The notes under the pieces: model-generated | Database searches by the model: none | What the model saw: the letters and a program-made list of their open reading frames with translations, nothing else | What the model was told of the DNA's origin: nothing | Shown here: in pieces, positions 54,589-61,042 of the stretch | Layout of the letters: each line of letters opens with the position of its first letter | How positions within the stretch are numbered: position 1 is the first letter of the stretch | Made by a program: the position numbers and the translations under genes | Assembly (NCBI GenBank): GCA_964523425.1 | Contig: CAZFYY010000002.1 | Coordinates: 1 to 61,042 of the forward strand | Direction: 5' to 3' | DNA length: 61,042 bases | Source: an uncultured Gammaproteobacteria bacterium | Lineage (GTDB): Bacteria; Patescibacteriota; Patescibacteriia; Patescibacteriales; Patescibacteriaceae

Positions 54589-56508
54589 TTATTCTAAAAT
54601 CGCCTTAATTCTTCTGACGCCAGCCGAAGACGATTCTTCTTTCTGAATCTTAAAGTGCCCCATAATGCCGGTATGTTCGACATGTGGTCCGCCGCAAATT
54701 TCCTTGCTAAACAATACGCCATCTTTTTCGATCGTGTAGACGGTTACTATATCGCCATACTTCGCATCAAAGATGCCCATGGCGCCGCTTGTTTTAGCCT
54801 CGATCAGGGGCATTTCTTCTCGGCGAACTGTTGCATCTGCTGCAATCGCCTCATTTACATATTGTTCTACCGCTTTTATTTGCTCATCGGTCATTTTTTC
54901 ATTATGCAGAAAATCAAAGCGAAGCCTTTCGGCGGTGATATTTGAGCCTTTCTGGAAAATACCGTCTCCTAAAACTTTTCGCAGGCCGGCGAGCATTAAA
55001 TGAGCAGCGGTATGCAGTTTTGTGGTTTCAAGACTCGTGTCCGCCAGGCCGCCTTTGAACAGTCCGGCGGAAGCGGTTCGGGAAAGCGCTTGATGCTTTT
55101 TGAACTCTTCATTAAAAATTTTAATAATTTCGTCTTTGCTAAATTCCTTGAAATTTTTATTTTGCAATTCCTCCAAAATTAATTCCAGAGGGAAGCCGTG
55201 CGTTTGGAACAAATCGAAAATTCGTTTGGCGAACGCCTGAGTATTATCAGATTTGTCCGCACCTTCCGGCATAATCTCGGAGAGGTTATTGATTGTTTTA
55301 TTAAGCATCTCCAGCCCTTTAATGAGGGTTTTTCGGAATTTATTTTCCTCTTTTTCCAATTCATCAAAAATCAAGCGGCTATGTTCCTCTAAAATCGAGT
55401 ATTTATTTTTATAGAGCTCGATGACTACCTCGGAAATTACGCCCGTAAAATTATCAGTTATTCCCAGTAAGTGCCCATAGCGGATAGCGCGGCGAATCAA
55501 ACGGCGCAACACATAGCCCTGCTGCGTGTTGCTCGGCACGACTCCGTCGGCCATTAAAAATGTGGCGGCTTTCAAATGATCAGTGATGACGCGCATGGCA
55601 AAAATACTCGACGCTTCGTCGTAGGTCTTACCTGATAGCTTCTCAATTTTTTCGATAATCGGCTGGAACAGGTTGGTCTTGAAGATATCCGGATCGCCAT
55701 TCTGGGCGGCTAATACTCTTTCCAGGCCGCCGCCGAAGTCAATATTTCCCTTAGGCAAAACTTCAAAGCCTTTTTCGGTTTTTACGTATTGCATGAAAAC
55801 GTTGTTGCCGATTTCTAAAAATCGTCCGCAATCGCAGTTCACATGACAGGGCTGATCTTTGAATTCGGAATGTTCGTGCAATTTCAGCTCCAAGCCGAAA
55901 TCCCAGAACATCTCGCTATCCGGACCGCCCGGCTCGCCCAAAGGCATGTTATTCGGAACGCCGGAACGGGACCACCAATTTTTCTCAACGCCGTAATAAA
56001 AAATCCGGCCGTTTTGCATCCCGTTTTTCTCTGACAGATCAATCACCTCAGCGTCAATGCCCGCTTCTTGGAATAATCCCTGCCAGATTTGCGCCGCCTC
56101 GGTATCGCGCGGGATGTTCAGCGCCTCATCACCGGTGAAAACAGTAACGTACAGATTCCGAGGATCAAGTCCCACTTCTTTCGTTAAAAATTCGAACATC
56201 CAGGTAATCTGTTCTTTTTTAAAGTAATCGCCCAGCGACCAGTTTCCCAGCATTTCAAACATGGTGGTGTGTCGGTTGTCGCCAATTTCTTCAATATCGA
56301 CAGCCCGAAAACATTTTTGTGAATCAACGATTCTGGTTCCCATGGGGTGCTTTTCGCCTAGTAAAAATGGCACCATAGGCTGCATGCCGGAGCTGGTGAA
56401 AAGCGTCGTTGGATCATTTTCGGGAATCAAAGAGGCTGAAGGGATAATGGTATGCCCCTTGGATTTAAAAAATTCCAGGTATTTTTCTCGTAATTCATGT
56501 CCTTTCAT
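54589..56508 (-). CDS. alaS: Alanine--tRNA ligase, short form without C-Ala domain
   Basis: DPTTLFTSSGMQP, HTTMFEMLGNWSLGDYFK, GGGLER, HTAAH, EICGGPH, ends RRIKAILE; start set at ATG 56508. Confidence 0.96.
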   Translation of the reverse strand: MKGHELREKYLEFFKSKGHTIIPSASLIPENDPTTLFTSSGMQPMVPFLLGEKHPMGTRIVDSQKCFRAVDIEEIGDNRHTTMFEMLGNWSLGDYFKKEQITWMFEFLTKEVGLDPRNLYVTVFTGDEALNIPRDTEAAQIWQGLFQEAGIDAEVIDLSEKNGMQNGRIFYYGVEKNWWSRSGVPNNMPLGEPGGPDSEMFWDFGLELKLHEHSEFKDQPCHVNCDCGRFLEIGNNVFMQYVKTEKGFEVLPKGNIDFGGGLERVLAAQNGDPDIFKTNLFQPIIEKIEKLSGKTYDEASSIFAMRVITDHLKAATFLMADGVVPSNTQQGYVLRRLIRRAIRYGHLLGITDNFTGVISEVVIELYKNKYSILEEHSRLIFDELEKEENKFRKTLIKGLEMLNKTINNLSEIMPEGADKSDNTQAFAKRIFDLFQTHGFPLELILEELQNKNFKEFSKDEIIKIFNEEFKKHQALSRTASAGLFKGGLADTSLETTKLHTAAHLMLAGLRKVLGDGIFQKGSNITAERLRFDFLHNEKMTDEQIKAVEQYVNEAIAADATVRREEMPLIEAKTSGAMGIFDAKYGDIVTVYTIEKDGVLFSKEICGGPHVEHTGIMGHFKIQKEESSSAGVRRIKAILE

Positions 56509-56772
56509 AGTGGTTGTGCGGTCATTAATTTCCAATAGGGCAACTATTTGATATATCAATAATGCCTATTGTCTTGTTAGTATAATAACGAAGTTGAGTT
56601 GTTTTGTAAATCAATAGTTTTGAGGCTTCTTGGCGTTACGTAAAAGAAAAAACAGGCCTTTTGGGCCTGAATTTTCTGACAGTAAACTTCGGCCAAGGCA
56701 TGGCCTGGTTGTAGAATGTTATAAAAAGTCCTACTATTTAAATAGCTCTAAGAACTGCGTAAAACCCCTCTT

Positions 56773-58629
56773 ATGAATCTTTTTAAGATGTTTAGAACCG
56801 AAGCTGGTGGCCAATCACCGAAGACAGAGTCTGCTTCTGAGGAAACCGGGCAGCTTATGGGCATTACCGAGCGCCTCAAGGCTGATAATACAATTCGCCG
56901 GTCTCTGGCCATTCAGCTAAGTGAACGCCATAAGGATATGTTTGAGACTCCTCGAGAGGTGGAAGATTATATTAAATCCATAGGCAGCGACAGCGAGGCT
57001 TTGGGGCTGGCAAGATTAGTCGATCAGACGCTCGGCGAGGGCACGTTCCGAACTTTAAGTTTTCTCGGCAATAATCCTCAGGCCAATAGGAATGTTGCCA
57101 AGCTTTTGAAAAATAATATCGACGGCACAAGCTTTGAAAAGCAGGTTGAGAAAGGACATTATCTAAATCTCCTGGAAACATATGGCGTGAACTGGGATTT
57201 GGAAAAAGTGAGCCGGGACGTGTTGCAGAACTTCTTTGACGCTAACGGCCAAACGCTGGACGGAGTAAGTATAAATACCAGTATTGAAGAAGTAGCGACC
57301 AAGGAAGGAGAAAAGAAAGTCGGCAAGGTTCGATTCGAGGCACCGCAGGATTATGATTGGCGCGAACTTATCCATTTCGGCGGAACTACGAAAACTGATT
57401 CAGAAACGTCTGTCGGCGGTTTCGGCGAAGGCTTGAAGATTGCCGCCTTCGTGCTGCTTAAGGAACATGGCGCCAAGCGAGTTAAAGCCGCCTCGCGCGA
57501 CTGGGAGATAGACTATTATTTTGATGACGTTAATTCTGAAGCCTACCGAAAATCGATTCAGGGACTTTATGCCAAGAAAGGCAAGCGAAAAGAAGAGAAA
57601 GGGAATTATCTGGAAATAGTTTTCGAGGGCGATGAAGCCGAGGAAAAGCTTAAATTATTTGATAAGGCCAAAGAACTGTTTTATAGCAGCGAAAACCCAG
57701 ACTTTTATAATCCCAGCTTCAACGATAAGAGTAGCGGTGGTTTTCAGATTTTGCCGTATAATGAGAAATCGACATCATGGAACAAACATACTAAGGGTAA
57801 TGTATATCTGGCCGGACAGCGCATTCACTATGATACCCGGGATAAGTGGGAAAATATCAGCGATTTGAATATCTGGACCTGGAAAAAAATTCAGCCAAAG
57901 GACAGAGACCGGGGTATGATCACTCGCCAAGAGATGACAAAAGACGTGCTTCCCTTGATAATCTCTTCCATGACGGAAACAGACCTGAAAAAATCTGTCT
58001 ATGATTTTAAGTCGCTCTGGCCGCATGTGGACATCTATTCTGTGAGTGATGAATTATTGGAGCAAATGGTCAACAAATTAGCGCAAAGCAAGACGACTCT
58101 GGAATTTGAAAATGAATATGTCGCCAGCGACGTGCCGCAGGGGGCGGACTGGATTCGCGACGCGCTGAAGAGCCAGGGCTTCAAATTCTGCCGCGGGTAT
58201 ATGAAAAAAATCGGCATGAAGGGAGCGATGGACCAATTTAGGATTTGGCAGGCGCATAGCCGGGTGGAGACACGACCTGATGAAGAGAAGAAGATCGCCA
58301 TCCTAAAGAAAGCCTCGCGGCTACTGCAGCTTCCTGAGGATGAATTGAAGGACGTCTGGATCTTTAGCGCCAAGGAAGAACAGAGTACGCTGGCCGGGCA
58401 GTACAATTCTCTGTATTATTGGATGTCGCGTGAGTCGTTCGACCAGCCCCTTTCCGATGCCCTCCATACCTACGTACACGAAGCGGCCCACAAAGAAGGA
58501 CCGCATGGCAATGCTAAATTCGACTACGCTTTACAGGATCGTATCCAAAGAATTCATCGCTTTATCCTTGATAACCGCGCCGAATGGGAAAAGCTGGAAG
58601 AAGAGTGGAAATCGATTAAGAAGGATTAA
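56773..58629 (+). CDS. GHKL-type ATPase fused to a C-terminal HExxH metallopeptidase-like domain
   Basis: RDVLQNFFDA (N box), FGGTTK and GGFGEGLKIAA (G boxes); YVHEAAH...HG. Confidence 0.65.
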   Translation: MNLFKMFRTEAGGQSPKTESASEETGQLMGITERLKADNTIRRSLAIQLSERHKDMFETPREVEDYIKSIGSDSEALGLARLVDQTLGEGTFRTLSFLGNNPQANRNVAKLLKNNIDGTSFEKQVEKGHYLNLLETYGVNWDLEKVSRDVLQNFFDANGQTLDGVSINTSIEEVATKEGEKKVGKVRFEAPQDYDWRELIHFGGTTKTDSETSVGGFGEGLKIAAFVLLKEHGAKRVKAASRDWEIDYYFDDVNSEAYRKSIQGLYAKKGKRKEEKGNYLEIVFEGDEAEEKLKLFDKAKELFYSSENPDFYNPSFNDKSSGGFQILPYNEKSTSWNKHTKGNVYLAGQRIHYDTRDKWENISDLNIWTWKKIQPKDRDRGMITRQEMTKDVLPLIISSMTETDLKKSVYDFKSLWPHVDIYSVSDELLEQMVNKLAQSKTTLEFENEYVASDVPQGADWIRDALKSQGFKFCRGYMKKIGMKGAMDQFRIWQAHSRVETRPDEEKKIAILKKASRLLQLPEDELKDVWIFSAKEEQSTLAGQYNSLYYWMSRESFDQPLSDALHTYVHEAAHKEGPHGNAKFDYALQDRIQRIHRFILDNRAEWEKLEEEWKSIKKD

Positions 58630-59135
58630 ATGATTTCCTGAGCTTTCTTCAAGAAGGCCAAATCGCGGGCCAGAATATATTGGCTGTATAAGCGTTCGGG
58701 CGGAGGCGTATTCTCCATAAGCCGTATTGCTTCGGTCAAAGAGACCCAGACAATAACGCAATTTCTCTCCGCCTCATTCTCATCGCCGACTAGCAGTCGT
58801 TCGCCTTTCTTCCCTCTAATCTTCCCTATATAGCCCACCGATTCATTGAGAATGCTATGTTTTTTGCGGTACTCAAGTGTTCTGCCTAATTCGGCGGTTA
58901 TTTCAATATCGCAGCCGATCTCTTCCCGGCATTCTCGGATGAGGCCCTGGCGCGTATCTTCGCCCTTCTCTACGCCGCCGCCTGGGAGATTGTAGTAGCC
59001 TTTTGATTCTATGTGAAGGAGGGCTATATTGTGTTTGTCGTCAAAAATAACGCCGCGGGTTTTTTGCCTGCGCTGAAAAACGGCGATCTCTGCTTCTGAA
59101 ACCGCTTCATCGTTATACGTAGCAATTATATTCAT
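58626..59135 (-). CDS. NUDIX hydrolase
   Basis: PGGGVEKGEDTRQGLIRECREEIG Nudix box. Confidence 0.92.
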   Translation of the reverse strand: MNIIATYNDEAVSEAEIAVFQRRQKTRGVIFDDKHNIALLHIESKGYYNLPGGGVEKGEDTRQGLIRECREEIGCDIEITAELGRTLEYRKKHSILNESVGYIGKIRGKKGERLLVGDENEAERNCVIVWVSLTEAIRLMENTPPPERLYSQYILARDLAFLKKAQEII

Positions 59136-59171
59136 GGCGGTTAGGAACGCAGATAGATAGCTGATTCATGG

Positions 59172-60734
59172 TTAACTATTTTTTAGACAACGTACCGAAG
59201 CTTTGATGTGGTCGTTTAATGCCTTGCGGTCGATTGAATCGCTTAGTTCATAGCCCGGAGAAGTTATTCTTCGAGCCCACGCCAAGTCGCTACCCGTAAA
59301 AAAATCTTTTTCGGGTGAGAACGAAGAAGACCATATATAGCCGTACTCTCCGTATTCGGCAAAGAAACGTTTTTCTCTAAACTCGCCATAGAAACCGGCT
59401 AGCAACCAATTAAAGCCAGAAGGCCCGCCCGCCCTGAGGGCCTTCGCTCCCGGGTCACAGTTTTTGGCAGAGATTTCGCTGCGATTCGGGTCACAGGGGA
59501 CCTTTTTATCGCTAACTAACTGGTCAAGAATATTCATTTCGGCATCTTTCGGGATATGCCAGCCTGTTGGACAAATTCCCTGAGCGCCTTCGCTGGTGGC
59601 ATTGTTCATGGCCGCCCTCCAGGTATATAAGGCATAGCCCGCCTGGCAGTCGGCTTCCGTGCCCCGTGTATTGCTCGATGCAATGCAATCACGTTCTGCT
59701 TCATCGGCTAGGTTTGTTAAGAGAATGCCGTCCGGTTTAGTTTTTGTTTTCAGGTTTTCCGCCAACCAGCATTGCGGACCGATTTTAACTGTTTTATAAG
59801 AAAAGCCGTCGCGGTCAATAATGGCATCGCCGCAGTTTTTAATGCCGACTTCTTTTCCTGTGAAGACTACCGCTGGGACGCTGGGGGCGGTGGTGGTGGT
59901 AACCGGACTACTTATCCGATTATCCGGCTGTTCGAGCGCGTTGGCATCGAGAGGGTTGTTTTGACTTGTTGATTGGGTCTCAAGCGGCGCTATAGGCGAG
60001 CTGTTTCCAAACAACGAGGCGACTTTAAAGAGTCCGGCAACAAGGCAGACGCCGGCAATAATAACGCCGATAATGGCCGTCAGGATGGTATTGCTTATAC
60101 CGAGCTTGATGCTGCGGCCGATCGGCAAGACATAGAGCCGTGCCAAGAGCCAGAAGGAGCCGATATAGGTAAGAAGTGACAGCAGTCCGGTAATTACGAG
60201 AGGCGTATGGACTAGCGTTAACAAGAGTTCAAGCGCTAACGCTAAGCCGACGGTTCCGGTAAATACCAAGGCCTTGCCGAGCGAATGGTTCTCTATTTTA
60301 AACAGTCTGGTTAAACCGAAAAGGACTAAGCTTGCCAGAAGGCCGAGCACTAATTCAAAGACGGCTATTCCGATGGCTAAAGGGGCAGACAGAGCATGGT
60401 TATAATACCCAAAAAAGATTATGGCGCTCAGAAGAATTCCGCCAAGCCCCGCCCAGACATAGTATTTTTCAAATGAAGAAAACGAAAAGCCGGTCGAAGG
60501 GATTATTGCCGACGCGTCGGCTGGGATTGGCTGGGCTTGCGCTGGTACGCCCGATGGAGCAAGAGCAATGCCGGGAGTGGACTGGACAACTCCGCCGGAG
60601 ACAACCGCAACGGCTTCTTGGATGGCTGCAGCTTGCCAGCCGACAGCCAGAAGGTTTTTATGTATTTCGTCTTGGGAAATACCTCTTTTAGAAGCCTCTC
60701 GCACGTAATTTAAAAGGCCGTCATTGACTGGCAT
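59172..60734 (-). CDS. Membrane protein with C-terminal FISUMP (Fibrobacter succinogenes major paralogous) domain
   Basis: 5 TMs, P/T linker, DRDGFSYKTVKIGPQCWLAENL, LYTW.AA, QGICPTGWHIP, SVRCLKN. Confidence 0.88.
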   Translation of the reverse strand: MPVNDGLLNYVREASKRGISQDEIHKNLLAVGWQAAAIQEAVAVVSGGVVQSTPGIALAPSGVPAQAQPIPADASAIIPSTGFSFSSFEKYYVWAGLGGILLSAIIFFGYYNHALSAPLAIGIAVFELVLGLLASLVLFGLTRLFKIENHSLGKALVFTGTVGLALALELLLTLVHTPLVITGLLSLLTYIGSFWLLARLYVLPIGRSIKLGISNTILTAIIGVIIAGVCLVAGLFKVASLFGNSSPIAPLETQSTSQNNPLDANALEQPDNRISSPVTTTTAPSVPAVVFTGKEVGIKNCGDAIIDRDGFSYKTVKIGPQCWLAENLKTKTKPDGILLTNLADEAERDCIASSNTRGTEADCQAGYALYTWRAAMNNATSEGAQGICPTGWHIPKDAEMNILDQLVSDKKVPCDPNRSEISAKNCDPGAKALRAGGPSGFNWLLAGFYGEFREKRFFAEYGEYGYIWSSSFSPEKDFFTGSDLAWARRITSPGYELSDSIDRKALNDHIKASVRCLKNS

Positions 60735-61042
60735 ACATTTTTAGAAAGGGTAATTATACTAAAATAATAACTCTTTCCACTGCAAAGGGCAATGAGATTA
60801 TGCTAAAAACAGACCAAAAAGGTCTGTTTGTATGGGGATAGATTTTATTGCATCTTTTTTGACAGATTCGACACTGTACATCTATGAATTTTTGAATTTC
60901 TTAATTTTCTTTATTCCCACCTTCATTCTCTTGACTATTATATATGTAATTATATATTTTTAAATAAAATATTTTAGAAAAAAGAGAGAAGAGTTGCCAG
61001 TAAAATATTGTTATTAAAATCAAAAACGACCCCCAACACGGG

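Noticed and set aside
59172-60734. Diversity-generating retroelement target in the FISUMP C-terminus
   Set aside because: No reverse transcriptase and no template-repeat copy of the 3' end within this window.

Overview
Bacterial chromosomal segment, standard code 11 (TGA is a stop). Gene content points to a Patescibacteria/CPR genome, probably Parcubacteria/ABY1 (Falkowbacteria-like); this is inference from the tandem VirB2-like pilins, short AlaRS, truncated pyruvate kinase, TrmB-like regulators and many SD-less core genes. It holds a housekeeping block (nusA, hppA, tig, smpB, tmRNA, 5 tRNAs, infC-rpmI-rplT-secG-HU), plus uvrA, alaS, pyk and pyrD. Surface functions include six tandem TrbC/VirB2-type pilins, a tandem-duplicated PilB/GspE ATPase, glycosyltransferases, VanW, CARDB and FISUMP proteins. 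There is a coupled ECF S-component/nrdJ/PduO cobalamin-salvage operon with tandem NrdR-like boxes. Several AT-rich orphan cassettes each carry a near-consensus sigma70 promoter. The most novel-looking element is an unannotated ~190-nt structured RNA at 28122-28313 (minus strand) with its own promoter and terminator. I saw no CRISPR array, transposase, integrase or rRNA. All family calls come from motif recognition by eye, not from database searches.
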